A stretch of DNA of 63,873 nt, counting the filler, from Octopus bimaculoides (lineage: Eukaryota): the NCBI RefSeq assembly GCF_001194135.2. It is 5 parts of 5 records of this genome, joined end to end, with 100 filler letters (N's around TTAATTAATTAA, not from the genome) between each part and the next. Parts side by side here need not be neighbours in the genome. Positions count along the whole stretch, not along the records: positions 27,998 to 58,054 come from NC_068984.1; positions 58,155 to 62,657 come from NC_068998.1; positions 62,758 to 63,873 come from NW_026373391.1; 2 more parts are not named here. One strand, written 5' to 3'. The notes beneath the pieces were generated by a model that made no database searches, had not been told where the DNA came from, and worked only from the letters and a program-made list of their open reading frames with translations. Position 1 is the first letter of the stretch, and every line of letters starts with the position of its first letter. Of the stretch, positions 51,702-63,873 are shown in pieces. Position numbers and translations under genes: made by a program.

Positions 51702-52014
51702 TGCGTGCGTGGGTGTATGTATGTATGTATGCATGTATGAATGTATGTATGGGTATTTACTGCAAGAAACCGCCAGGTTTCTTTCTCGAATGTTCTATAA
51801 CGTTCAACCTACACAAGTTAACGTGTGGGAAACAAAATGAGGGAGTTTTGAAGAAAGCTTCTATAAAATTCGTTTTAAAACATCGAATGACTATGGAGGT
51901 CCACCAGAATGAAATAGTAATCAAAAGGGTCCATTGATTAAAAAAAAAAATGTTCGAGGAGTTCTGTTTCATAGGGTAGTTTTTGTCTGGTTTAAAAGAA
52001 GAAAAAAAAACCTG

Positions 52015-52128
52015 AAGCGGTCACGTCAATTGACGCGGATCCTGGTTCGTTAATTGGCTAATTGCAATAGGCTGTTGAGTAACAACCAATCACAGACGAC
52101 GTTAAAGCAACCTATCAACTTCCGGGTT
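52015..52128. promoter_or_regulatory. Possible promoter/enhancer motif cluster
   Basis: Palindrome CGTCAATTGACG (two CRE half-sites), ATTGG, CCAATCA and ACTTCCGG (Ets) within ~110 bp; no adjacent exon identified. Confidence 0.25.
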
Positions 52129-52299
52129 TTAGTTTTATGGATGACAGATTCCACGACGATTATCCATCATCATAGACATTTTTTTACATCCTCTTTCCCT
52201 CTCCCTCTCTCCATTTAAACCCTCTCTCTTTCTCTCTCCATGTCTCTGTATATACACACATATTCTTTTATCCTTTTTTCTTTCCCTTTTTTCTTTTAT

Positions 52300-52547
52300 T
52301 CTTTTACTTGTTTTAGACATTTGATTGCGGCCATGCTGGAACAGCGCCTTTAGTCGAATAAATCGCCCCCAGGGCTTATTCTCCGTAAGTCTACTACTTA
52401 TTCTGTCACTGTCTTTTGCCGAACCGCAATTACGGAGACGTAAACACACCAACCTCGGATGTCAAGCGAGAGTGGGGGGGGATGCAAAAACAGACACATT
52501 GATACATACATACATATTGACATATATATATATATATACATATTGAC

Positions 52548-52603
<56 letters not shown>

Positions 52604-52750
52604 GACGGGCTTCTTTCACTTCAAATTCACTCACAAGGCTTTGGTCGGCCCGAGGCTATAGTAGAAGACACTTGCACGAGGTCCCACGCAGTGGGACTGA
52701 ACCAGAAGCCATGTGGTTGGGAAGCAATCTACTTACCTCACAGCCACTGT
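52300..52750 (-). mobile_element. SINE family A, full length
   Basis: Reverse complement of tail, central (CA)/(TA) tract and head. Confidence 0.9.
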
Positions 52751-52991
52751 ATGTATGTATGTATATATATTTATATATATAAAGAGAGAGAGAGAGAGAG
52801 AGAGAGAGAATTATATCTATGTATGTATGTATGTATTATGCATATAGCGCAGGCATGGCTGTGTGCCTCTGTGGTTAAGAAATTCGCTTTGCAAACCGGT
52901 GGTTTGTGTTTCAGTCTCACTTCGCAGCATATTCGGCTTTATGAAGATTGACATTGGAGGACGGAATCTGCTAAAAACCTATCCTATATAA

Positions 52992-53034
<43 letters not shown>

Positions 53035-55749
53035 TGCTACATCGATTCCCATCATATGGCGAGCCATGTAATATGTAGTTTAAACCCTGCCGAAATGAAC
53101 TATTGTCCACATATCAGACATTAAAGTGATCTTAGGTCAAACAGAATATCTTTTAGTCACTAAGACCAATGAGAAAGGCATGAAAGTCATCGAATCCCCT
53201 TTACCCTTCTCTATAAACCTGATTGTTGAAGCAAGTAAATATAGCCATCCATAAGATTGTTATTGTTGTTGTTGCTGCTGCTACTGCTACTGTTGTTATT
53301 GTTTAGTCAAAGGTCAGCCCTGATCAACAAGATTTATGACTAAAAGCTGTCCAGCCTTGATCATCTTGTGTTTTTTGTATATCTTAAATTTACATTCGGT
53401 AACGTAATCTTTTACTATAGACTACAGTATGGCGAAGTTTGAAGGAGATTCGGTTACTATTTTTAGCAAGTTCACTGACCTCCTACAGATTTTTGAATAC
53501 AATGAAAACACGTCTGGAGACTTTGACAGAATCCACTTGGCCGTTTCTCTATTTCAAACTTGAATCTCATCGGAGCCAACTTTGTTTTCCATCCCTCTGG
53601 TAGAAGACAAGATTGCTATTGTGATTTAGCAAACCACTGGCAACGTGGTGGTGGTGGTGGTGGTGGTGGTGGTGGTNNNNNNNNNNNNNNNNNNNNNNNN
53701 NNNNNNNNNNNNNNNNNNNNNNNNNNNNNNNNNNNNNNNNNNNNNNNNNNNNNNNNNNNNNNNNNNNNNNNNNNNNNNNNNNNNNNNNNNNNNNNNNNNN
53801 NNNNNNNNNNNNNNNNNNNNNNNNNNNNNNNNNNNNNNNNNNNNNNNNNNNNNNNNNNNNNNNNNNNNNNNNNNNNNNNNNNNNNNNNNNNNNNNNNNNN
53901 NNNNNNNNNNNNNNNNNNNNNNNNNNNNNNNNNNNNNNNNNNNNNNNNNNNNNNNNNNNNNNNNNNNNNNNNNNNNNNNNNNNNNNNNNNNNNNNNNNNN
54001 NNNNNNNNNNNNNNNNNNNNNNNNNNNNNNNNNNNNNNNNNNNNNNNNNNNNNNNNNNNNNNNNNNNNNNNNNNNNNNNNNNNNNNNNNNNNNNNNNNNN
54101 NNNNNNNNNNNNNNNNNNNNNNNNNNNNNNNNNNNNNNNNNNNNNNNNNNNNNNNNNNNNNNNNNNNNNNNNNNNNNNNNNNNNNNNNNNNNNNNNNNNN
54201 NNNNNNNNNNNNNNNNNNNNNNNNNNNNNNNNNNNNNNNNNNNNNNNNNNNNNNNNNNNNNNNNNNNNNNNNNNNNNNNNNNNNNNNNNNNNNNNNNNNN
54301 NNNNNNNNNNNNNNNNNNNNNNNNNNNNNNNNNNNNNNNNNNNNNNNNNNNNNNNNNNNNNNNNNNNNNNNNNNNNNNNNNNNNNNNNNNNNNNNNNNNN
54401 NNNNNNNNNNNNNNNNNNNNNNNNNNNNNNNNNNNNNNNNNNNNNNNNNNNNNNNNNNNNNNNNNNNNNNNNNNNNNNNNNNNNNNNNNNNNNNNNNNNN
54501 NNNNNNNNNNNNNNNNNNNNNNNNNNNNNNNNNNNNNNNNNNNNNNNNNNNNNNNNNNNNNNNNNNNNNNNNNNNNNNNNNNNNNNNNNNNNNNNNNNNN
54601 TCTCTCTCTCTCTCTCTCTCTCTCTGTGTTGCTGCACTATGGAATCTTTATGTTTCTTATCTCAAAGCAAAGACAACATGGCGTCTTTTTAAGTCCTGAT
54701 GAAATTTAATAATAACTCTGTTGTGATTCTGAAGTCTAAGATTATGGATTCATTTATAGTCGTTCGTGACAATTACATCCATTAATTCCTCCATTACCAA
54801 ATTCCTGTAACTGTACTTTGAGCTATTATGATAAAAAATCAAAAAGAATAATATTATACTTTTAACGTGACAATATTTTATTTTATTTAACAAATTTGAT
54901 ATGAAGAAGAGTGGCAGCGCTCAAAACATCCCTAGGCGCGAAAGTACTGAGATAAGTGTGGCTTATGTTGACTTTAAACATATGTAAGCTGTTGTATATG
55001 TGTGCAGAGAAACGCTAAATGTGAAGTGTAGGATCTGATGTGTGAAACCGTAGGGGTAACAGGAGGAGAAAAGAAATATGTGTATCAGATAGAGACGAGA
55101 GAAGGAAGTCTGTAGTTAATGAAGCTTCGAAGGCTTTATTACAAAAGGAAAATATGGGAAAGCTGAAGTGCTGTTGAGTGAATGCTTGGTAACCAATGAG
55201 ATGTTCTCCTTCTGGGATACGAACTTGGTGGTCGGTTTTTTATAGCAGTACAACTATCGGGTGGTTGTGACTTTACTCTAGAATGGATCTTGTGTCGGCT
55301 TTGTAAGAGGAGAGCAAGTACTAAGTGAAGAAAGGGATGGTGACCCTAAAGAGGTGGAGGGTCTAGCTTTGGAGAGGCTGTAGTTATATATATGACGTAG
55401 GCATCAGAAATTTAGAAGTGTATAATTTGAAGTGATTGTATTTGAAATGAATAATGTTGTTAAATAAAAAGAGTGTTTACTTTATATGTGTAGCAATTAC
55501 AGTTTTGTACTACAGAGACCAGGCTATCATATGACAATCAGAAGATGTTTTAGAGCTCTTTGTATATAAAAGCAGTGCAAATCGAAAGCGAGATATTCAA
55601 ATAGCACATGAATGACATCTATATAACAAGATGTGCCGTTTCGTAACTGATAACAAAACATAAATCGTTTATATGCAGGAGGGACAGGTTAGAAGACGTA
55701 GCGGATCGCTGAGTTATACTGATGTGCAAGACTGGCTGTGAAACAAACT

Positions 55750-56345
55750 CCTACTTAAACATCATCCCCTGATGTAGGAGATGATGTTTAATGCTTCCAT
55801 CAAGTTTGAAATGCTGGAAGCTGCGGAGATTATTTGTGAGTGTGCGTTTGTGACAAAGGTTGTTCTTTTGAGGAAGGTCATACGACGTAAAAAATCTTTT
55901 TAATACTGGGATATATTCTATAGAAACAGGAGACTGAATGTTTTTTTTTTTTGTAACGACGGAGCTAACGGTGGGGCGCACAGTTTAAAGCTAATAAAAG
56001 AAACCTCATTATAAGAGTTTTTTTTATTATCCCTCTTCCTCCCGACTCCCCTTCTCTCTCTCTCTAAATACGAAAACGTTTTGCACCTCGTGACTATATG
56101 TATGGCAGTGAAAGTGGAGGGATATAGAGAAGATTTAGAAGCCTGTGTAGTACATGTAGCGTTGGTGTTGGAAATATAACAGACAGCAAATACGAATAAG
56201 TTAAACACGTAAGAGCTAAGGGAAATAACTCAAGTAGAACAATGCCAGGAACTTAAATAATTCAGGTGACTGGTAACGACGCAGGACAAAGAATGTCCGA
56301 TATATAGAAACTTGAGTGTTAGAGAAACATAGCCACTAAATTGTA
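55750..56345. mobile_element. Possible degraded Penelope GIY-YIG remnants
   Basis: The - strand ...TLTNNLRSFQHFKLDGSIKHHLLHQG resembles PLE endonuclease T..L.RR...H..DGSIK.H; the + strand segment ending ...PLN near 56340 resembles the endonuclease C-terminus; heavily broken. Confidence 0.25.
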
Positions 56346-57022
56346 GCGATTAGTAGCCATTCGCAGAGAAAAGGGGAGATAATTTAAAGAGAGAAAATTT
56401 GTAATACTTTTTTACTTGTAAAACCTCTGTCTTCTTATCAAAGAAGGATTGAAACGAATATGTTTCCCTGATGACGTTTAATAAAAGTGAAACATGACTG
56501 TAGCTGTCTCCTTGCTAGCTAACAAAGAGCAGATGTCTTCTCAAAGAGTAGGTGTTACCTGAAATTACAGTAGACTTACCCGTTTGAAAGTGAGATCTCT
56601 GACACAAGGATACAAGGCAACGCCGATGACGTTATATCCTTCAGCTGGTGGCAGTGTGATATCATATCGATTGAACTATTGTGGTAACTGCTACAGCATA
56701 AGGTGAATCATTGTGCAACAGCTATAATACACCTGGCCTACACATACGCTGTCGTATTGGATGATATAATAGCCCGGAAATACTCAGAGTCTGGAGTATA
56801 TATCATTACAGTTGTGTACGTTCTTGTGATTCGGTGAGCATTTTTCCTTAAATAATATTTCATCTTTTACAGTCGTCTTCATTGTTTGTATAACATAAAC
56901 ATAGTTAGTGTTATGATAAGATGTTCTTATAAAGTTCCTGGTACATGTACACACATATACACACATAGAAATCTATGTGTGTGTGCGCGTGGGTGTGGGC
57001 ATCTGCATATATATGTACATAC

Positions 57023-57053
<31 letters not shown>

Positions 57054-57081
57054 CAGACACATATACATGTACATATATACA

Positions 57082-57174
<93 letters not shown>

Positions 57175-57286
57175 NNNNNNNNNNNNNNNNNNNNNNNNNN
57201 NNNNNNNNNNNNNNNNNNNNNNNNNNNNNNNNNNNNNNNNNNNNNNNNNNNNNNNNNNNNNNNNNNNNNNNNNNNNNNNNNNNNNN

Positions 57287-57337
<51 letters not shown>

Positions 57338-58098
57338 CACATATATACACATATATACACACATAAATGTATGTGTGTGCGTGTGCGTGTGTGCGTGTGC
57401 GTGTGTGCGTGTATGTACGTGTAGGTATCAAGGTGGTGCCCCAGCATGGCTGCAGTCAAATGACTGAACCGAGTAAAAGACTACACACATATATACATAA
57501 ACATGTTATTTATATTTTATTTGTGCGGACGATTCATGGATGACATTGACAAAACATTATTTAAAAGTTTAGTAAATGAAATGCAGAAATAACAACCGCG
57601 TTTGAAACATTTATATTATAATTGTAGACAAAATCGGTGGAGCAACGAATTAAATGCCTTGCTGTATTTAGTTACGAACTTTGAGATTCTACGTTCTAAT
57701 TCAGCCGACGTCAACTATGCTTTTCTTTTTTGCAATATACTTGGGATCGATTTCATCGACTAACGAATCTTTTTTAGATCGATACAGGGACGAAGAGAGT
57801 TGATTTGCATTATTTAGCAACATAAAAGATCTGCGTTCAAATCCCATGTACATCGGAAAAGAAAACACCAGTTTAGTGCCAACGATTTTAGATTCTATAC
57901 AACTAATTAAGTGGGTGGCTGTGTCCCTATGTTAGATGTCGATATTGTTTATGGTATACGTTAGGATTACAGAGGACGGTGGTTTGGCCGAGGGTCGAAC
58001 AAAATGTCACATGGTGTGCGTGTGTGTGTGTACATATATATATATATATATATANNNNNNNNNNNNNNNNNNNNNNNNNNNNNNNNNNNNNNNNNNNN

Positions 58099-58110
58099 TT
58101 AATTAATTAA
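58099..58110. other. Artificial scaffold-join linker
   Basis: N44-TTAATTAATTAA-N44. Confidence 0.95.
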
Positions 58111-58469
58111 NNNNNNNNNNNNNNNNNNNNNNNNNNNNNNNNNNNNNNNNNNNNATATATATATATATATATATAGATATATACATATACATATAAGTGT
58201 GTCTATGTGTATGTACAGAGAAAGATGGAGCACGTACCACACACAACACATACACATACATGTGTGTGCACATATGTTAAGACTCACATACACTCAACAG
58301 AGTACATCTCCGATCATCTTCATTAAAATTTAAAATACAAAAGACCTCAATGAATTAATATAGGTAAGTATAAATAATTTAAGTTTGCGACGTTAGATTC
58401 TAGAGAGAAACAGACATTAAAGAAAATTTCAAATTATTACATTAAAGAAACACAAGTATAATCTCAGTA

Positions 58470-58900
58470 GGAGTGGCTGTGTGGTAAGTAGCTTGCTTAC
58501 CAACCACATGGTTCTGGGTTCAGTCCCACTGTGTGGCACCTTGGGCAAGTGTCTTCTACTATAGCCTCGGGCCGACGAAAGCCTTGTGAGTGGATTTGGT
58601 AGACAGAAACTGAAAGAAGCCCATCGTATATATGGAAATATATGTATATANNNNNNNNNNNNNNNNNNNNNNNNNNNNNNNNNNNNNNNNNNNNNNNNNN
58701 NNNNNNNNNNNNNNNNNNNNNNNNNNNNNNNNNNNNNNNNNNNNNNNTTATGTCCCCGTAACTTAGCGGTTCGGCAAAAAGAGACTGATAGAATAAGTAC
58801 TAGGCTTACGAAGAATAAGTCCCGGGGTCGATTTGCTCGACTAAAGGCGGTGCTCCAGCATGGCCGCAGTCAAATGACTGAAACAAGTAAAAGAGTAGAA
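58470..58900 (+). mobile_element. SINE family A, full length, gap in central microsatellite
   Basis: Head, body and tail match the other copies. Confidence 0.9.
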
Positions 58901-59147
58901 AGAGTAATATATGCTGTGAAGGCACATGGCTTAGTGGTAAGGGTGTTGCACTCATGATTGTGAGGCCATTGTTTCAATTTCCAGACAGAGCGTTGCGTTG
59001 TGTTCTTGAGCAAAATACTTCCTTTCACGTTGCTCTGTGATCATTTCAACATCTGATAGGTGGCAAGTCGTATACCTGTACAGGTAATATCAATTTGATG
59101 GAGAGTGTGAGCTTATGTGAACACAAACATTTCATCATTATAAACAA

Positions 59148-59496
59148 ATCTTCTGGCCTCTTAATTTCACCAATTGTAATCCCATGGATTATTATGCATG
59201 GGGTTTGGTTGAGAAAGACATCAACCACTCTACCTGCAACACTAAGGCCAAGCTAGTGGCCAAGATCAAGGAGATGTTTCAAGATCTTTCCAGGGACACA
59301 GTGAGGAATGCATGTGCTTGGTTTCTGAGCTGTCTTGGGGCCATGGGGGATGTTAAGGACAACTACTTTGAGTAAACTGTCATCTCCCAGCCGTATTGAT
59401 AGTGGATATCTTTTGATTTTTTTTAAATACTTTCATTTTGCCATGGGATATTCTGTTTTCTTTCTCTTTAATGCAAACTGTCAAGAACTCCCTGTA
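59148..59496 (+). mobile_element. Tc1/mariner-superfamily transposase 3' remnant
   Basis: FWPLNFTNCNPMDYYAWGLVEK...TVRNACAWF...NYFE* matches the W-P-P-N-S-P-D-x-N-P-x-D-Y-x-x-W-G C-terminal motif. Confidence 0.8.
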
Positions 59497-59698
59497 TAAA
59501 TATGTTTATATATACAGAGAGAAAGAGAGAGATGTGTGTGTGTGTGTGTTGTGTATGTATGTGTGTGTATAAATATCCTCTCTCTTTCCCTTTTTCTCAT
59601 GCATATGCACACACATGCACATACACACATGTGCATGCAGACACTTATACAAAAGGAAATCTCATTTAAAATGTTCCCAATATATTGATGATTTACAG

Positions 59699-59794
59699 AA
59701 GTTCACGTGCAAATCCTGATTTAGGGAAGAACTATGACTACAATATGGAAATACTAGAAACTGGACCATTGGATGCTTCAAAGGAATTTTATGG
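59699..59794 (+). CDS. Internal exon of an unidentified host gene
   Basis: Acceptor atttacag| and donor TGG|gtaagc; 96 nt, phase 2-2, open: SSRANPDLGKNYDYNMEILETGPLDASKEFY(G). Confidence 0.6.
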
Positions 59795-59983
59795 GTAAGC
59801 AACTCTTTGGAATATTCTCCTGGTAAATCCTGATCCTGCATACTTATAATCAGAGACATTCAAGCTTTGACCAACTTTTCTCCTTTCAAACAGTGTGTAT
59901 GTGTGTGTGTGTGTGTGTGTGTGAGTGTGTACATATATATATGTTTATATGTATGTATGTGAATTATCTGATATGTTTTTTTA

Positions 59984-60250
59984 TTGGGTTGGCAACTAAG
60001 TTCCCACCATTTTTTAAAATTTAAATTTTTTTAAAGGTTTAATAAAAATTAACAACTAATTAATCAATAATGTATTCACCCTTGTTGTTTACAACTTCTT
60101 CCCAACATTCAACAAGATTTTCAATGCGTCCTCTCCATACACAGCACAAATGTTGCAAGCAGCTTTTGCGGCCTTAGAACCTTGATTAAAACCAAAAAGA
60201 AGGAGGTGTCAAAAATGCTCGTTTTTCTTAACTTGACATTCCATTTTCTT
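59984..60250 (-). mobile_element. Internally deleted mariner element
   Basis: TA-TTGGGTTGGCAACTAAG terminus; - strand C-terminal ENLVECWEEVVNNKGEYIID* and N-terminal HLLLFGFNQGSKAAKAACNICAVYGE. Confidence 0.8.
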
Positions 60251-60964
60251 CAACACCTTAGCTTTACAAGCAAGTAAAGTAATCTATATATGGCTGATTG
60301 ACTGGCTAGATATAGTAGCCAGATCTTTCTTAATTCACACCCTATCAGTTTAAAAAAAGGAAAAGTGCATTGAACAATGTAATCCCAGATACAGTATATT
60401 TGATAAAAACAAAATAAGATGAGATAGTCATGGTTGGAATGCTTTCAATCATAGGCCTGTAGATCAAGTTTGTCCTTAGGATAAAAAAACAACAACAATT
60501 GGCTTTGTGCCTAAACAAGAAAATAATAAAAGATTAGCTATCTATCTATAGCTCTTAGATCAAGATCCATATAGAAATGTATTGGCAGTATGATTTAACC
60601 CTCTACTGTTCAGATTACTCTGTTAAATGTAATGCTTATTCATTCACATTGTTTTGAATTATTTAAACATTATCAAATAGCTTTGAGATTTTGATGATAT
60701 CATTGTGTATTTTTAGAATGACATTGTAGGGTGGGCATGAGAAGCTGGATCTGGCCTTTTTCATGTAAAATGGGTAGGACATTTAGGCTGAATATGGCCA
60801 GTTTAAATGCTAAAGGGTTAAAATTGTTCACTTGTGCGTGGTTCACTGCCTTGAACCATAGATTGATTCTAAAAATATCAAGAAATATTTCTCTCATTTA
60901 GCGATTAATACATTTGTAAAATACTCATTTAATTGACTGTGAATTATTTCTTTTTTACAATTAG

Positions 60965-61076
60965 TGCTAGAAATAATGTCAAACCAAAAGTATTTGAAGA
61001 ACCAGTGTGTCAACAAGCCCTTCAGAACCATCTTCCAATTAAAAAGAACAAGGCTGCACAGCAAAAATCTCTTGAG
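60965..61076 (+). CDS. Next internal exon of the same gene
   Basis: Acceptor tttcttttttacaattag| and donor GAG|gttagt; the phase-2 start joins 59794 in frame: (G)ARNNVKPKVFEEPVCQQALQNHLPIKKNKAAQQKSLE. Confidence 0.65.
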
Positions 61077-61109
61077 GTTAGTTGTCAATTGTTTCACTTT
61101 TTCAAGTCA

Positions 61110-61140
<31 letters not shown>

Positions 61141-61528
61141 CGTTCATACATACACATATATATACATATATATATAAAGGTAAGATCCAAGGATGAAGGT
61201 GTTGGAAGTTAGTGAGTTTCAAGCAGTCCTTAGGAGATATAAAAAAACAACTTTCAGGAACAATAGTGGTTTACTGGAGCAGAAGGATGTGAATTTTTCC
61301 CATATTGAAGTATGATAAGCTGAAAAAAAGGTTACTTTATAATTCATGGTTAGCAACTGGTGTTGCTGTATATTTTTTCATTTTTTTTTCATTTTATCTA
61401 GTTTCAGCTCATGAGTTGTGGCCATACTGGGGCACCACCATATGTGAATAAAAATCTAAAATTTGGGATAGGAGTAGATAAAATCCAAGCTAGATATGTT
61501 TCATAGCTAGTGGAACCTTGGAAGTAGT

Positions 61529-61761
61529 AATTGTCCAAATGATGGGTAGACTGCAAGTTACTCTTCAGGCCAAGGATACCTTGATTACACGAAGTTTACA
61601 TTGTCATTAGGAGATCTCATGTTAACTTGCAGGGAATTTGATCACAATGCAAATCCTCTATGAGTTAACATGAGATCTCCTAATGACAATGTAAACTTCA
61701 TGTAATCAAGGTATCCTTGGTCTAAAGAGTAGCTTGTGGTCTAACCTTCATTTGGATAATT
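61529..61761. mobile_element. Foldback MITE / long hairpin (~99-bp arms, 35-nt spacer)
   Basis: Arms 61529-61627 and 61663-61761 are reverse complements; the inner ~55 bp are nearly perfect. Confidence 0.85.
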
Positions 61762-61864
61762 TATCAACTTATATATATTAAAGTTAGATAAGGCCGGTTT
61801 ATGGGATTACCTTAGGTTTTACGTCCATAAAGGGCCTGGCTTTATGACGTATCATCAAATCCCA

Positions 61865-62515
61865 AAAGCTTGTTTCTGTTTTTAGACTCCACATTCAAGT
61901 TACCTCTATTTCCAGGTCTTTGTATTTTGAAAGTTTCTCCATTTCTTTTAGAGAAATGTTGTCATCTGTTGGCATTGATACATCAATTAGAAAGCCTTTT
62001 TTTTCTTCATGATCTCTGACAACTATATCTGGCCTATTGGCCTTAATTTCTCTATCTGTGTGTATTAGCATATCCCATAGTATTGTTGCTTTCTCCTTTT
62101 CTGTGATCTTTTCTGGCGTGTGCCTATACCCTCTTTTTTCTGTTGTTATTCCATAGCTTCCAGTGTATGTAGGTCGTCCCAATTCTGTCATGTCTGTGAA
62201 TATATTCCTTCTTAGTCAGGACTGGGTAGCCAGAGACAATATGATTTATTGTTTCTTGTCCATCTCCACATATTCTGCAGTTACTTATTATGTTTCTTTT
62301 CATTATACATTTTTGGTAATTTCTGGTGGGGAGGCTTTGGTCTTGTGCTGCAATAAAAAATCCTTCAGTCTCTGCTTTGAGTCCTGAGCTTCTCAGCCAT
62401 TGCTGGAATTTTGCTTTGTCTATTTCTTTTGCATTTAGTTTAGCCCAGTATTTGCCATGAACGGGCTTTTCTTGCCATCATTTTATCATGATCCATTGCT
62501 GTTCTAGTTTTATCA

Positions 62516-62518
<3 letters not shown>
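61865..62518 (-). mobile_element. R4/Dong-like non-LTR retrotransposon 3' fragment (zinc knuckle + RLE)
   Basis: - strand WQEKPVHG...LKAETEGFFIAAQDQSL...CRICGDGQETINHIVSG...HRHD, then ILWDMLIHTDREIKANRPDIVV...LIDVSMP...KEMEKLSKYKDL (PD-(D/E)xK endonuclease); the 5' truncation abuts (TAA)n. Confidence 0.85.
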
Positions 62519-62564
<46 letters not shown>

Positions 62565-62701
62565 TAAGTGAGATATCTTACAATAAACATTCTATAGTAG
62601 TTATTATTATGCTTATGATGTAGATAACCTACAGTAGTTGTCACCCAAACTCCATCANNNNNNNNNNNNNNNNNNNNNNNNNNNNNNNNNNNNNNNNNNN
62701 N

Positions 62702-62713
62702 TTAATTAATTAA
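62702..62713. other. Artificial scaffold-join linker
   Basis: N44-TTAATTAATTAA-N44. Confidence 0.95.
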
Positions 62714-62941
62714 NNNNNNNNNNNNNNNNNNNNNNNNNNNNNNNNNNNNNNNNNNNNATTTATTTATTTATCTATTTATTTGTTATATCTTTCTCCGTTT
62801 TCTTCTTCTGGTTAGACGAACGTTCCTACCTTTTCGGACAAAACCTTTTGTAACCTTCGTCCAGTCTTTGTCCTTACATATTTTTAATTGATATTAGCCC
62901 TTGAGGCCAATAAAACGAATTAATTATTATTATTATTATTA

Positions 62942-63296
62942 TGTGGCACCTTGGGCAAGTGTCTTCTACTATAGCCTCGGGCCGACCAAAGCCTTGTGAG
63001 TGGATTTGGTAGACGGAAACTGAAAGAAGCCCGTCGTATATATGTATATATATATATGTGTGTGCGTGAGTGTGTGTGTGGTTTGTGTGTCTGTATTTGT
63101 CCCCTTAGCATTGCTTGACAACCGATGCTGGTGTGTTTATGTTCCCGTCACTTAGCGGTTCGGCAAAGAGGCCGATAGAATAAGTACTAGGCTTACCAAG
63201 AATAAGTCCCGGGGTTGATTTGCTCGACTAAAGGTGGTGCTCCAGCATGGCCGCAGTCAAATGACTGAAACAAGTAAAAGAGTAAAGGAGTAAAAG

Positions 63297-63300
<4 letters not shown>
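62942..63300 (+). mobile_element. SINE family A, 5'-truncated, CpG-intact copy between (ATT)n tracts
   Basis: Retains CTCGGGCCGACC, GACGGAAA and CCCGTCG; tail (GTAAAAGA)n. Confidence 0.9.
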
Positions 63301-63347
<47 letters not shown>

Positions 63348-63873
63348 TTTATCATTATTATTTTCTTGAATAACGGTGTGGGATGAAATATTGAATTTTC
63401 AAAATTCTAATTTGAGAAACCAATAATAACGATAAATGGGGTGAAAATAAGAAAAAAAAATAACAAAGAAACAAATGCATCTCAACAGAAAATCGAAAAA
63501 ACAGAAATTAAATAAATCGTCCCAGAACATTTGGCGTCTTAATTCCAGATAAGACTGGGAGGGTGTTTTAGTGAAAGGATGGAGATGTAACGGCAGCGAG
63601 TGGAATGGGGAGAAGTGATGAGGAAGGGAGAAATTTTGAGAAAGTCACAAAGAAAGGGAGTAAGAAACAGAGGTACCGACTTTCCCACAGACATATGAAT
63701 ATATATGCGCGCGCGCACTCACACACGCGTGCGCACGAGCACAAAGGGGAGGGAAGTCGACTAGACAGACAAAGAAATGTAAAGAGATATATTGACAGAT
63801 ATCCAGAGAAAGAAAGTACGAGACAGAGATTGATAGACATAGATACATAGATAGCACGCGCGCGCGTGTGTGT

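Noticed and set aside
56468-56505. Hammerhead-like CTGATGAC...GAAACATG
   Set aside because: Helix II is weak, U16.1 is absent and helix I does not pair.
63605-63850. ORF MGRSDEEGRNFEKVTKKG...
   Set aside because: Purine-rich low-complexity sequence running into microsatellite; no splice or homology support.
7-63873. Most ORF-track entries (YIYI, VCVC, THTH, SLSL, poly-I/V/G/H/T, X-rich ORFs)
   Set aside because: They are translations of di-, tri- and tetranucleotide microsatellites or N gaps.

Overview
Eukaryotic, repeat-saturated, gapped genomic DNA. The microsatellite load, tRNA-derived SINE families and RTE/R4/mariner/Penelope remnants suggest a coleoid cephalopod, probably Octopus; this is inference only. 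Four 100-nt gaps carry an artificial TTAATTAATTAA linker and split the window into five blocks (1-15232, 15333-27897, 27998-58054, 58155-62657, 62758-63873), so true adjacency across them is not guaranteed. Almost all ORF-track entries are microsatellite or N-gap artefacts. The only credible host coding sequence is a pair of in-phase + strand exons at 59.7 and 61.0 kb and weaker + strand exon candidates for a membrane protein at 3.7-6.3 kb; neither gene could be named. The most interesting object is at 43801-44393: a head-to-head palindromic insertion of a unit built from a tRNA-like Pol III head, (AAT)n and a Penelope-type minimal hammerhead ribozyme tail, with a 12-bp target duplication. It may be a Penelope-mobilised SINE/retrozyme hybrid. 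A second, unrelated hammerhead with an inverted partial copy lies at 579-855. A Merlin-like MITE family carries a central (CCCTAA)n-(TTAGGG)n telomere palindrome. No rRNA, true tRNA or CRISPR array is supported.
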